Assembly: GCA_037481815.1 (NCBI GenBank) | Contig: JBBFKX010000003.1 | Location: 64,001 to 128,000, forward strand | Length of the DNA: 64,000 nt | Direction of reading: 5' to 3' | Origin: a candidate division WOR-3 bacterium | GTDB taxonomy: Bacteria; Hydrothermota; 32-111 | Shown: positions 47,814 to 57,428 of the stretch, piece by piece | Layout of the letters: every line of letters begins with the position of its first letter | Numbering within the stretch: position 1 is the stretch's first letter | Program-made: the position numbers and the translations under genes | The notes under the pieces: model-generated | Seen by the model: only the letters and a program-made list of their open reading frames with translations | The model's database searches: none | Told to the model about the DNA's origin: nothing

Positions 47814-49608
47814 TTTTAATTTCCTCCATCACTATTTTAACATTTGTTCCTTCTCCTTTTTTTGATTCAACAATTATATTTCCATTGTGATCTTCTATTA
47901 TTCTTTTTGCAGTTGATAATCCAATACCTGAACCATTTTCCTTTGTGGTATAAAAAAGATCAAAAATTTTTTTACTTTCCTGTTCATCCATTCCTTTTCC
48001 ATAATCTTTAATCTGAACCCAAATTTTCCCTTCAAATGAATCAACTATTATATCCAATTTTCCATACTCAAAAGATGCTTCTATTCCATTAAGAATTATG
48101 TTTTTAAATGCTATGTTAAGCATCTCTTTATCACCTGATAAAAATTTATCACCGTCGTTCAAAAAAATTTTTGCTTCAATCTTTTTTTCATCCAAAAAAA
48201 TTTTCAACGATTTTACAACATCTTCTAAAATCTCCTTTAACGAAACTTTTTCAAATTTATAGTTATAAGGTTTTGAAAACCTTGTGAACTCAATTATTTT
48301 TTTATTCATCCGTTCAACCTCATCGAAAGCATCCTTTAACATACTCTTCTCTTCAACATCTAAAAAATCTCTTTTCATCATCCTTTGCAAAATTATTGAG
48401 ATCCCATTTAAAGGATTTTTCAACTCGTGGGAAATACTATATGAAAGTTCTCCGAGTTTGGATTGGAACTCCATTCTCTTTTTATCCTCCTTCAACTTTT
48501 CAAATTCTGTTATATCCCTTATATATAAAACGAGTTTTTTGTTATCCGATGTTTTTGTTGAGGAAATAAGAAATTTATAATCCTCATAAGAAACCTGAAA
48601 ATTCTTAACCTCTTTAAAATTTTCAACTATGTTCTTTATCTGTTGAATTTCAAGCGGTGAAAATTTATAAACCTTTTCAAACTTTCCATCAAAATCTTCA
48701 AGAATATTTTTTTCAGGATTTTCAATAAAAATGAACTCGTCAAGTAAAGATAAAATTTTAATTTTTTCACTACTCTCTTCTATCAGTTTTTGTGAAAGGA
48801 TAATGTTCTTCGTATAGATTGAAAGAATGAGAATCACTAAAAAATACAGCGAAATTGTAAATAAAAGAATTGTCAAAAAGTTTGTTAAACTGCTTTTTTT
48901 CGATTTTTCTAAATCATCCATTCCAAATCCAATCCTCATGATCAAATTTTCATCAACAGATGGTTTTATGATTTCAAAAATTTTTTTTCCTTTAAAAGCG
49001 GTTACCCTGAAAGTATCAACCTTTTCCATGAAGGAATACATTATCAAGGAATCAAAAAAAATACTCTTAAACTCCTTAACGTTGGATGAGGCATAAAAAA
49101 TCCCAAAGTTATCCTGAAAGACGATATACTCTATTTCCGGTAGGGCAGAAAGATCATCAAGATATTTTTTTAGTCCACCTTTTTTGGAAAGGGTTTTAAA
49201 ACTTTCTTTAGATTTTGCGATTCTAACAATATTTTTCCCATCTTTATATATTACAACAAACGAATCTCTGTTCGCTCTTTCAGAAAAAGAAAAACCTTCA
49301 CTTTCAACCTTTTCGTCAAGATCTATATCAGCACTATTTTGTGAAAAATAGATTGTATATTTTTTATCGATTTCTGAAAACATTTCATTATAAATAAATC
49401 TTTCTATCTCAACCATGTTTGAAGAAACATTTTTATATGTCCCATCGATTATTTTGGCAATCACTTGTGATCTATTCAAAAACTCTTTTTCAAAAGATCT
49501 TTTTTTCGATATATATTCATAATATTGCATCGATAAGATTAAAACAAATATCAGAAAGGTTAAAAGTGATTGAAGTTTACCTCTTTTTACAAAACTTTTT
49601 AAATTCAT
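47806..49608 (-). CDS. Membrane sensor histidine kinase (NtrB/ZraS-like)
   Basis: Two TM helices, SHELKNPL, NIILNGIEA, DYGKGM, FYTTKENGSGIGL. Confidence 0.9.
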   Translation of the reverse strand: MNLKSFVKRGKLQSLLTFLIFVLILSMQYYEYISKKRSFEKEFLNRSQVIAKIIDGTYKNVSSNMVEIERFIYNEMFSEIDKKYTIYFSQNSADIDLDEKVESEGFSFSERANRDSFVVIYKDGKNIVRIAKSKESFKTLSKKGGLKKYLDDLSALPEIEYIVFQDNFGIFYASSNVKEFKSIFFDSLIMYSFMEKVDTFRVTAFKGKKIFEIIKPSVDENLIMRIGFGMDDLEKSKKSSLTNFLTILLFTISLYFLVILILSIYTKNIILSQKLIEESSEKIKILSLLDEFIFIENPEKNILEDFDGKFEKVYKFSPLEIQQIKNIVENFKEVKNFQVSYEDYKFLISSTKTSDNKKLVLYIRDITEFEKLKEDKKRMEFQSKLGELSYSISHELKNPLNGISIILQRMMKRDFLDVEEKSMLKDAFDEVERMNKKIIEFTRFSKPYNYKFEKVSLKEILEDVVKSLKIFLDEKKIEAKIFLNDGDKFLSGDKEMLNIAFKNIILNGIEASFEYGKLDIIVDSFEGKIWVQIKDYGKGMDEQESKKIFDLFYTTKENGSGIGLSTAKRIIEDHNGNIIVESKKGEGTNVKIVMEEIKNG

Positions 49609-49617
49609 AATTGTTGA

Positions 49618-49646
49618 TTGACTTAAAGCGTTATTTTATATACAAT
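49618..49646 (+). promoter_or_regulatory. sigma70 promoter of the fba operon
   Basis: TTGACT(49618)-17 nt-TACAAT(49641). Confidence 0.65.
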
Positions 49647-49690
49647 ATTATAATGTGAAAAAAAAATAAATCAAATAGAAAGGAGTTGGT

Positions 49691-50743
49691 ATGGATTTCT
49701 CAAAATACAAAAATGATATCATCATAAAAAAATTGGGGAGTAGATCCAACATTAACCTTATTTCAAGCAAAGAAATGTTTTCGAAAATCAAAGATATTCC
49801 AGTAATAATTATGGCGTGTAATATCAGAATAAAACATGTGGTTCCAGGTATTATGAAAGCAAGTGAGGAGTTGAACTCGATAATGGGTTTTGAACTTGCA
49901 AAATCTGAAGGCGATCTTTCCGGTGGATACACAGGTCAAACTCCTGAAGATTTCGTTAACATGATCCTTGATTATGCAGACAAATATAAATATTCGATGC
50001 CTTTTTTCATTCACGCTGATCATATAACAGTTAAAGATACGAGTGAAAAAAGCATAGAGGGAGCAAAAAAACTTATAGATGCTCAGATAAAAGCAGGTTT
50101 TACTTCATTTGCAATTGACGCTTCATTCAATGAGATTCCAGACAACATTAAGATAACAACATACCTTGCAAAACAGATTATCGAAAATGGTTTTGGACTT
50201 GAAACTGAAGTTGGAGAAGTAAAGTCAACAGGTCAGGAAGCTGAAATCACGACAGTTGAAGAGGCGGTTGAATACATTGAAGGACTATTGAAGAACAATG
50301 TTTTTCCACAACTACTTGCAATAAACAATGGATCAAAGCATGGAAACTATAAACCCGGGGAAGAGGTACATATAGATTTAAAAAGAACTCTCGATATTTA
50401 CAATGCGATAAAAAAACATAATGTCTGTATTGCACAGCATGGAATAACGGGAACACCTTTGAACATAATCGGTCAGTTCGCTGATTGTGGAATAAGAAAA
50501 GGTAATGTTGGAACAGAATGGCAAAATATAGCACATAGAAACCTTCCATCAGACCTTATGGATAAAATGAAAAACTGGGCTGAAAACAATGGTAAAGATA
50601 TAAAATTTGCAACAAAAGAGTTCAAAAATGAAATCGATTCCATTTCTTCAGAATATTCACAGAAGATAATGGACGAGGCATATTTAAAAGCAAAAGAGTT
50701 CATCATCGCATTTAGAAGTAAAGACAGCGCAAACCTGTTATAA
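49691..50743 (+). CDS. fba: Class II fructose-bisphosphate aldolase family protein
   Basis: IHADH, AGFTS..IDAS, ETEVG, LAINNGSKHGNY, AQHGITG, KGNVGT. Confidence 0.82.
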   Translation: MDFSKYKNDIIIKKLGSRSNINLISSKEMFSKIKDIPVIIMACNIRIKHVVPGIMKASEELNSIMGFELAKSEGDLSGGYTGQTPEDFVNMILDYADKYKYSMPFFIHADHITVKDTSEKSIEGAKKLIDAQIKAGFTSFAIDASFNEIPDNIKITTYLAKQIIENGFGLETEVGEVKSTGQEAEITTVEEAVEYIEGLLKNNVFPQLLAINNGSKHGNYKPGEEVHIDLKRTLDIYNAIKKHNVCIAQHGITGTPLNIIGQFADCGIRKGNVGTEWQNIAHRNLPSDLMDKMKNWAENNGKDIKFATKEFKNEIDSISSEYSQKIMDEAYLKAKEFIIAFRSKDSANLL

Positions 50744-50750
50744 AAAAACT

Positions 50751-51902
50751 ATGAAAACGGTTGATCAATTACTCGCAGAAGAAAAACAGATACTGGCTCC
50801 CTATGCTGTTCTATCATCGGAATCAAAAGGAAGAAAGTATGATATTGGGCAATCAAGACATAGAACGCCTTTCCAAAGAGACAGGGATAGGATCATACAT
50901 TCTCAAGCGTTCAGACGCCTTGAATACAAAACTCAGGTATTCGTAAACCATGAAGGTGATTATTATCGAACAAGGTTAACACATACGATCGAGGTTGCCC
51001 AGATCGCAAAATCGATCGCAAAATCTTTAAGGTTAAATGAGGACCTTGCTGAAGCCATATCTCTTGCACACGATATAGGTCATACTCCCTTCGGTCATGC
51101 TGGAGAAAAAGCACTACATGAAATAATGGAAGATTTTGGTGGTTTTGAACACAATTCCCAATCCTTAAGGGTTGTTGATTTTCTTGAGGAGAGATATAAC
51201 GATTACAGAGGTTTGAATTTGACATGGGAAGTGAGAGAGGGAATAATAAAACATCATACAAGTTATGACAATCCGAATTCATCACTACTAAAAGAATTTC
51301 TTCCTGATAAAACAAGTTCTCTTGAAGCACAGATAGTGAATGTTGCCGATGAGATAGCTTACAACAACCATGATATTGACGATGGGCTCGAATCCGAACT
51401 CATAAGTGTAAAAGATCTTCTCGATATACAACTTTTCAGAGAATGTTATAACAAGTTTTATAAAAAGATAAAAAATGAAAAGATTCTAAGATACGAAATC
51501 GTAAGAGAACTTATCGGAGAACAGATCAACGATGTTATAACTACATCTCTTGAAAACATAAAAAAAAGAAACATAAAAACACTTGAAGATGTTCGAAACT
51601 CTCCAATACTGATAGATTATTCTGAAGAGATGAAAAGAAAAAACAGAGAGTTAAAGACCTTTCTCTATGAAAATCTTTACAAACATTATAAGGTTCTAAA
51701 GATGCAACATAAAGCGGAAAGGTATGTGAAAAAGCTTTTTGAGGCGTATATTGAGGATGTAAAACAACTACCTCCAAAATTTGTTGAACAGATCGAAACT
51801 GAAGGAAAAGAAAGGGTTATCTGCGATTACATCGCTGGTATGACTGACAGATACGCACAGGATGAATTTGCGAGATTATTCCTTCCATATGAAAGAATGT
51901 GA
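50751..51902 (+). CDS. dgt: Deoxyguanosinetriphosphate triphosphohydrolase
   Basis: FQRDRDRIIHS.AFRRL.YKTQV, RTRLTHTIEV, HDIGHTPFGHAGE, ADEIAY..HD.DDG, DYIAGMTDRYA. Confidence 0.95.
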   Translation: MKTVDQLLAEEKQILAPYAVLSSESKGRKYDIGQSRHRTPFQRDRDRIIHSQAFRRLEYKTQVFVNHEGDYYRTRLTHTIEVAQIAKSIAKSLRLNEDLAEAISLAHDIGHTPFGHAGEKALHEIMEDFGGFEHNSQSLRVVDFLEERYNDYRGLNLTWEVREGIIKHHTSYDNPNSSLLKEFLPDKTSSLEAQIVNVADEIAYNNHDIDDGLESELISVKDLLDIQLFRECYNKFYKKIKNEKILRYEIVRELIGEQINDVITTSLENIKKRNIKTLEDVRNSPILIDYSEEMKRKNRELKTFLYENLYKHYKVLKMQHKAERYVKKLFEAYIEDVKQLPPKFVEQIETEGKERVICDYIAGMTDRYAQDEFARLFLPYERM

Positions 51903-52327
51903 TGTTGCGAAAAATTAAAAATGAAATAAGAAATCTAATTTACTCAAACCTTTCCGCAGATGAGATTGCCAACGGTTTTGCCATCGGTGTTTTTATAGGT
52001 TTTTTACCACTTTATGGATTTCAGACATTGCTTTCACTTCTTGCGGCTTTTCTGTTCAAAAATGTAAATAAACTTGCACTCATCATAGCTACACAACTGT
52101 TTTTGCCTCCAGTGATTCCAGTTGTCATTTTTTTAAACTATCTGATCGGCTCTTTAATACTTTACAGAAAAATTTTTTTTCTGAAAGTAGCATCACTTGA
52201 GGATATAATAACCTATATAAAACCGATCTTTCTCGGATCAATATTTGTAGGATTATTTTTTGCGTTTTTATCAAAATACATTTTAAAGTTTTTAATAGTC
52301 AATCTCAGGAGAAAAAATGAAAAATGA
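51899..52327 (+). CDS. DUF2062-family membrane protein
   Basis: IA.GFAIGVFIGFLP.YG.QT, P.FLGS. Confidence 0.75.
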   Translation: MMLRKIKNEIRNLIYSNLSADEIANGFAIGVFIGFLPLYGFQTLLSLLAAFLFKNVNKLALIIATQLFLPPVIPVVIFLNYLIGSLILYRKIFFLKVASLEDIITYIKPIFLGSIFVGLFFAFLSKYILKFLIVNLRRKNEK

Positions 52328-52961
52328 TAACAGAGAGGAAATCTTTAAATTGATCGATCAGGAAAAGAAAAAGGAAAATTATTTAAAAGTCCTGTCACTC
52401 TATGGAGAACTTTTAAAAGACAATGTTTACGATTTTAACCTGTACGCTTCTATGGCAAAAATATATTATCTTCTTGGGGATTATGATGCGAGTGTAAGGT
52501 TTAACCTGATCGCAGTCCATCTTTCATTACTTGAGTCAGAGGATATTTTAAAAACCGATTCAACTGTTGCAAAAGAGATGGTTGAGATGATCAAGAATTT
52601 AAAGGAGTTAACTGACGACTTAAAAAAAATTGATAAAATTTTAAAAAATCTTATTTTCTGTGAACCAACGGTTACACATCTTGGGCATTCCCTTTTAGAT
52701 TCTGGAATTGATAATGAATACAAACTTCTCTATACAAAACTTCTTAAAGGTGAAGCAATCGATTTGAACGAAAAATATAAAAAAAGTGAAATGGAATTAT
52801 ACTATCCGTTTGGAATACTTTTTTCAGCTATCATTCTTGAAACCCGACTGAAAAAAGAAGAAATCGTTGAATACTATCTATCCTACGATTCCTCAACGAT
52901 GAGAACGGTTTATGAAAAAGTTTTAGAACTTTATGAAAATTACAAATTTGATCAAACTTGA
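52317..52961 (+). CDS. Hypothetical protein with an N-terminal TPR
   Basis: LYASMAKIYYLLGDYDAS TPR-like helix pair. Confidence 0.55.
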   Translation: MKNDNREEIFKLIDQEKKKENYLKVLSLYGELLKDNVYDFNLYASMAKIYYLLGDYDASVRFNLIAVHLSLLESEDILKTDSTVAKEMVEMIKNLKELTDDLKKIDKILKNLIFCEPTVTHLGHSLLDSGIDNEYKLLYTKLLKGEAIDLNEKYKKSEMELYYPFGILFSAIILETRLKKEEIVEYYLSYDSSTMRTVYEKVLELYENYKFDQT

Positions 52962-54162
52962 TAAAAGGGAAAAGCACACATTTTATCTGCTCTTAATAGG
53001 TTCAATCTTCAACGGAATATCGTTGGGAGTTTTACTGTTACAGGAGTTCATACTCAGAAAAACATTGTTTGGTAATCTTGTTGAGATAACGATCCTTGTG
53101 ATGATCCAGCCGGTTTCCAATCTTTTCTCGATCTTCTTCTATTTTTTAAGTAGATATTTTAAAAGAAAAAACGATTTTTTTCTTATCATAGCTTTCTTTG
53201 GAAAACTTATATTACTTTTTATGGTGATCACAAAAAGTTCGATTCTTTTTCTTTTAGTAATCTCCGTTTTTTATATATTCAACACTTTTATGAATCCATT
53301 GTTCTCAAACATTATGCAGTTAAACTTTTCCAAAAAAAACAGAGGCCTTGTTTATGGAATCGTTTCATCGGTATCCGTTCTATCCACACTCATAGTTTCA
53401 AACATTTCTGGAAAACTGTTGGATATCAATGATAATCTATACAAACTTCTATTTTCAATTTCAGCGATTTCGGGCTTTCTGTGTTGTTTCTTTTATTCAA
53501 GGATAAAGATAAGAAAAACAAAACAGAAAAAAATCGAAGAAAGAATATCTTTCTTACAACCTTTTAAAATAATCCTGAAGATCTTAAAAGAGAATAAAGA
53601 TTTTAAAAACTATGAGATATTTTTTTTCATATACGGAATAGGTTATTTGATAATACTACCGGCGATACCGATATATTTTGTTGATGTGCTGAAACTCGAT
53701 TATTCAAAAATCTCATTTATAAGAGGTTTTCTTGGACAACTCGGATATATAATATTCTTCCCTTTAGTTGGATTTTTCCTTGATAGAATCAATCTTTTCA
53801 TCTATTCATCCTTAACATTTTTTTTGCTTTCTCTCTACCCTCTTTTTCTTTTATTTTCAAGCATTTTTCCAGATCCTTTAATTTTTGTTTATATCTCTTT
53901 TCTATTTTTTTCAATAAGTATGTCAGCTGTTTCTGTAATATGGGATCTATCTTCAATATATTTTGCAAAAGAAAACGATTCCTCACAATTTCAAAATGTG
54001 CATATCTTTTTAACCGGGGTCAGGGGGATGATAATTCCATCTTTAGGGTATCTGATATTAAAATTTTCATCACCAAAACTATTATTTTTTTTATCTACCA
54101 TCTTTTTCATCTCTTCATCTTTGGGAATGGGATATTTGTTCTATAAATCTAAATCTTCTTGA
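52933..54162 (+). CDS. MFS transporter
   Basis: About 12 TM segments, 'NRGLVYG', central hydrophilic loop. Confidence 0.8.
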   Translation: MKITNLIKLDKREKHTFYLLLIGSIFNGISLGVLLLQEFILRKTLFGNLVEITILVMIQPVSNLFSIFFYFLSRYFKRKNDFFLIIAFFGKLILLFMVITKSSILFLLVISVFYIFNTFMNPLFSNIMQLNFSKKNRGLVYGIVSSVSVLSTLIVSNISGKLLDINDNLYKLLFSISAISGFLCCFFYSRIKIRKTKQKKIEERISFLQPFKIILKILKENKDFKNYEIFFFIYGIGYLIILPAIPIYFVDVLKLDYSKISFIRGFLGQLGYIIFFPLVGFFLDRINLFIYSSLTFFLLSLYPLFLLFSSIFPDPLIFVYISFLFFSISMSAVSVIWDLSSIYFAKENDSSQFQNVHIFLTGVRGMIIPSLGYLILKFSSPKLLFFLSTIFFISSSLGMGYLFYKSKSS

Positions 54163-54204
54163 CTTTTAATAATAAAATAGTATTATAAAAAATTAAGGTG
54201 CTTT

Positions 54205-55218
54205 ATGAAAGGGATAATTTTATCAGGTTTTAGACCAACAGGTAAAGTTCATATAGGAAATTTAAAAGGTGCTCTTGAAAACTGGGTAAAATTGCAGGAT
54301 GATTACACATGTTTTTTCGAAATTGCAGATTGGCATCTTTTAACTACATCCTATGATGATGTAAGTTCTATACAGGAGAATATTTTTCAGATGGTAGTCG
54401 ATTGGCTCGCTGCAGGGATCGATCCCCAAAAATCAACGATTTTTGTTCAATCATCGGTTAAAGAACATTCAGAACTTTATCTACTTTTTTCGATGATAAC
54501 ACCTTTATCCTGGTTATACAGAAATCCAACATTAAAAGAACAGATAAGGGATCTTGAGATGACATCAGAAAACAACTATGGGCTTTTAGGTTATCCTGTT
54601 TTACAGGCAGCTGATATTCTATGTTATAAAGCAACAGCCGTTCCCGTTGGTGAGGATCAACTTCCACATCTTGAACTCACAAGAGAGATAGCAAGAAGGT
54701 TCAACAACCTTTACAAAGAAATCTTTCCTGAACCAAAATCTCTGATAACACAGTTTCCAAGAGTTTTAGGTATAGATGGCAAAAAAATGTCAAAATCTTT
54801 AAACAATGCCATATACATTGCTGATTCGGAAGAGGAGATAAAAAGGAAAGTGAAACTTTCGATTACAGATACAGCAAAGATAAGAAAAAACGATCCAGGA
54901 CACCCAGACATATGTAACATATTTTCCTACCATAAAATTTTTAATGCAGAAGAAACAGAGCATATCAAAAACTCCTGCGAAAAAGGAGATCTCGGTTGTG
55001 TTGATTGTAAAAACAGATGTGCTGAAAAGATAATTGAGTATTTAAAACCTTTGCAGGAAAAAAGAAAAATCTTTGAAAATGACCCCGATACAATTTACGA
55101 TATACTGGACAGTGGAAACAAAAAAGCTGAAACGATAGCAAAAAAAACTTTAAATGAGGTCAACGAAAGTATGAATTTAATAATAAACAGGAGGTTTTAT
55201 GATAAAACTTCACTATAA
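54205..55218 (+). CDS. trpS: Tryptophanyl-tRNA synthetase
   Basis: SGFRPTGKVHIGN, IADWH, YPVLQAADIL, VPVGEDQ.PH.EL.R, KMSKS. Confidence 0.97.
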   Translation: MKGIILSGFRPTGKVHIGNLKGALENWVKLQDDYTCFFEIADWHLLTTSYDDVSSIQENIFQMVVDWLAAGIDPQKSTIFVQSSVKEHSELYLLFSMITPLSWLYRNPTLKEQIRDLEMTSENNYGLLGYPVLQAADILCYKATAVPVGEDQLPHLELTREIARRFNNLYKEIFPEPKSLITQFPRVLGIDGKKMSKSLNNAIYIADSEEEIKRKVKLSITDTAKIRKNDPGHPDICNIFSYHKIFNAEETEHIKNSCEKGDLGCVDCKNRCAEKIIEYLKPLQEKRKIFENDPDTIYDILDSGNKKAETIAKKTLNEVNESMNLIINRRFYDKTSL

Positions 55219-56332
55219 TTACAAAGATCTCTTCAGATGCACAAGATTGGGACTATCGATCAAAAAGATGTTCGTTATGTTGTCAGCGATTTCTCTTGGT
55301 GCTTTGGTTTATACAATTTTTAGTTATCTTGCATTCTTAACAAACGGAACATCTTTTAAAACAATATGGGAAACATACAAATTTATCCCTGTACCGGTAA
55401 TCGGTGTGACAACACTTACCTGGTATTCCTGGTTAATCTGGTTAATCGGAGTTGTTTTGTATTTTATATTCTTCATCTATGCACAAACAGCTGTGACAAA
55501 GATCACATTTGAGCAACTTAAAGGAAATGAGTTCTATGAGATGAAAAAATCTTTAAAATACGCTTCAAAATTCTGGAAATCATCTTTTCTTGCTCCCGTA
55601 ACACTTTTGATACTTATCGTGTTCATGTTCATCGGTGCTTTCATTTTTGGTTTGATTGGAAGGATTCCATATTTTGGACCACTTTTTATAATACTTTTAA
55701 TAATTCCTATAATTTTTGGAGCGGTTTTCACAGTTTATCTGATAATAATCTTCTTCGTTTCACTTTTCATATCACCAGCAGTAGCCGGAACATCGAAATC
55801 AGACACTTTTGATACATTATTTGAAATATTCTCTCTTGTTTGGGATCATCCATGGAGACTTGTTGTTTGGGGTGGTTTAGTTGGTGCAATGTCAACACTC
55901 GGGGGAGTTATACTTGGAATAATTTTAAAATATTCACTTGAACTCACAAGATGGGCATTATCTGTCTGGAACAATGGTTCATGGCTTAAGATTTGGTCAA
56001 ACGGTTTTTATTTCCTTCCTCCAGTCCCCGCATACGATCTTGTTGAAAAAATCGCTTCATACGCAACACCTTTCCTTTTCTCAGTTCACAATTTCATTCC
56101 AGGCAACTGGGCGATAAATATTTCTTCATTCCTTTTCGGTATTCTACTCTACATAGCAGGTTTTACTGTTATTTCTTACATACTCGTCTGCTGGACTGCA
56201 GGACTAACGATAATGTATGTTAACCTTGTAAAAATGAAAGATGATGTTAACCTTCTTGAAGAAAAAGATGAAGAGTTTGACGAAATAGAAGAAGAGGAAA
56301 AAGAGGAAAACAAAGAGGAAAAGAAAGAATAA
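55199..56332 (+). CDS. Hypothetical polytopic membrane protein with an acidic tail
   Basis: About 6-7 hydrophobic segments, GGAGG SD, E-rich C-terminus. Confidence 0.65.
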   Translation: MIKLHYNYKDLFRCTRLGLSIKKMFVMLSAISLGALVYTIFSYLAFLTNGTSFKTIWETYKFIPVPVIGVTTLTWYSWLIWLIGVVLYFIFFIYAQTAVTKITFEQLKGNEFYEMKKSLKYASKFWKSSFLAPVTLLILIVFMFIGAFIFGLIGRIPYFGPLFIILLIIPIIFGAVFTVYLIIIFFVSLFISPAVAGTSKSDTFDTLFEIFSLVWDHPWRLVVWGGLVGAMSTLGGVILGIILKYSLELTRWALSVWNNGSWLKIWSNGFYFLPPVPAYDLVEKIASYATPFLFSVHNFIPGNWAINISSFLFGILLYIAGFTVISYILVCWTAGLTIMYVNLVKMKDDVNLLEEKDEEFDEIEEEEKEENKEEKKE

Positions 56333-56358
56333 AGGGAGTTTTTATACTCCCTTTTTTT
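56331..56358 (+). terminator. Intrinsic terminator
   Basis: AAAGGGAGT-TTTTAT-ACTCCC followed by T7. Confidence 0.75.
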
Positions 56359-56372
56359 AAAAGGTGGTGAAT

Positions 56373-57068
56373 ATGGGTCTTTTAATCTTTTTGATAATCG
56401 TAGGGGGATTGGGATTCACAGGATGGGCTATCTATACAAACAAAAAAAATGAAACCCTTTCAGTTCCAGAGACATTCGTTATTAATAAAAAACCAACCAT
56501 GCCTCTTGGAACCGATACTTCTTTCTTTCTGACAAAAACAAAGGAACTCACAAACAAAAAAATCGAAAAGATTGGAGAGTTTTCTCTCGATAATTTTCCT
56601 TTTAAAAATTATTATTCAGGATTCTTTTCACCTGAAAAAAATGTGTTTATCATTCTTGGGCAGCATATACCCGATAATATCCAAAAACTTTTCGGTATAT
56701 CAGAAAAACCTTTTATGAGTGTCATATCGATTTTTACAGATGGATCAGATCTTGAAACCACAACAAGGGAAAACGGTGATAAAGAGATCAAAAGTGAGTT
56801 CAGAAGGGTTGTAAAAATTGAAAATGTTCCTCTTGAACTTATGATAAACAAACACAAAGAGAATGTTGATAAGATCGAAGTCAAAGGGATTCGAGAAGTT
56901 GCACTTGTTAAGGATGATTTCTTCAAGTATTTTGAAAGAGGATTAAGAATAGATATAGTTCACAAATCAACAAGAGGTTTTGTTACAAAAGCGGATGTGG
57001 AAGAGATCTTAAAAAAACTTGACCTCAAACTTAAGGAGGTCGGGAAAAAGGAGGAAGAACAACCTTAA
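56373..57068 (+). CDS. Hypothetical membrane-anchored protein
   Basis: N-terminal TM helix; ATG 56373 after GGTGG (track start 56364). Confidence 0.6.
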   Translation: MGLLIFLIIVGGLGFTGWAIYTNKKNETLSVPETFVINKKPTMPLGTDTSFFLTKTKELTNKKIEKIGEFSLDNFPFKNYYSGFFSPEKNVFIILGQHIPDNIQKLFGISEKPFMSVISIFTDGSDLETTTRENGDKEIKSEFRRVVKIENVPLELMINKHKENVDKIEVKGIREVALVKDDFFKYFERGLRIDIVHKSTRGFVTKADVEEILKKLDLKLKEVGKKEEEQP

Positions 57069-57421
57069 TTTTCCTCTTTCATCCTCTTCCAGTTATCGAA
57101 CAACCTTCTGATATGAGGGATTGTAATCGATCCACCGATTATCAACGCTATATCAACCGCTTCAACGAGTTCCTCATCGGTAACATTTTCTTCAAAACAC
57201 CTTATAAGATGATAGAGAATGCAATCATCACACCTTAAAACGATCGATCCAACAAGACCCATCATCTCTTTGTATTTTGAAGGAATTTTTCCTTCATAGT
57301 AAACTTGAGAATCAAGAGCAAAAAACCTTTTCGTTGATGTTGTTGAAAAATCCATTATTATTTTGTTTAACCTTTCCCTCTCCTTCCTGAACTCTTCAAC
57401 ATTTTTTTTCTTTTCATCCAT
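57065..57421 (-). CDS. AhpD / carboxymuconolactone decarboxylase family protein
   Basis: KEMMGLV.S.VLRCDDCI.YH, IGGSITIPH.R. Start ATG 57421 after GAGG. Confidence 0.88.
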   Translation of the reverse strand: MDEKKKNVEEFRKERERLNKIIMDFSTTSTKRFFALDSQVYYEGKIPSKYKEMMGLVGSIVLRCDDCILYHLIRCFEENVTDEELVEAVDIALIIGGSITIPHIRRLFDNWKRMKEEN

Positions 57422-57428
57422 AAACACC

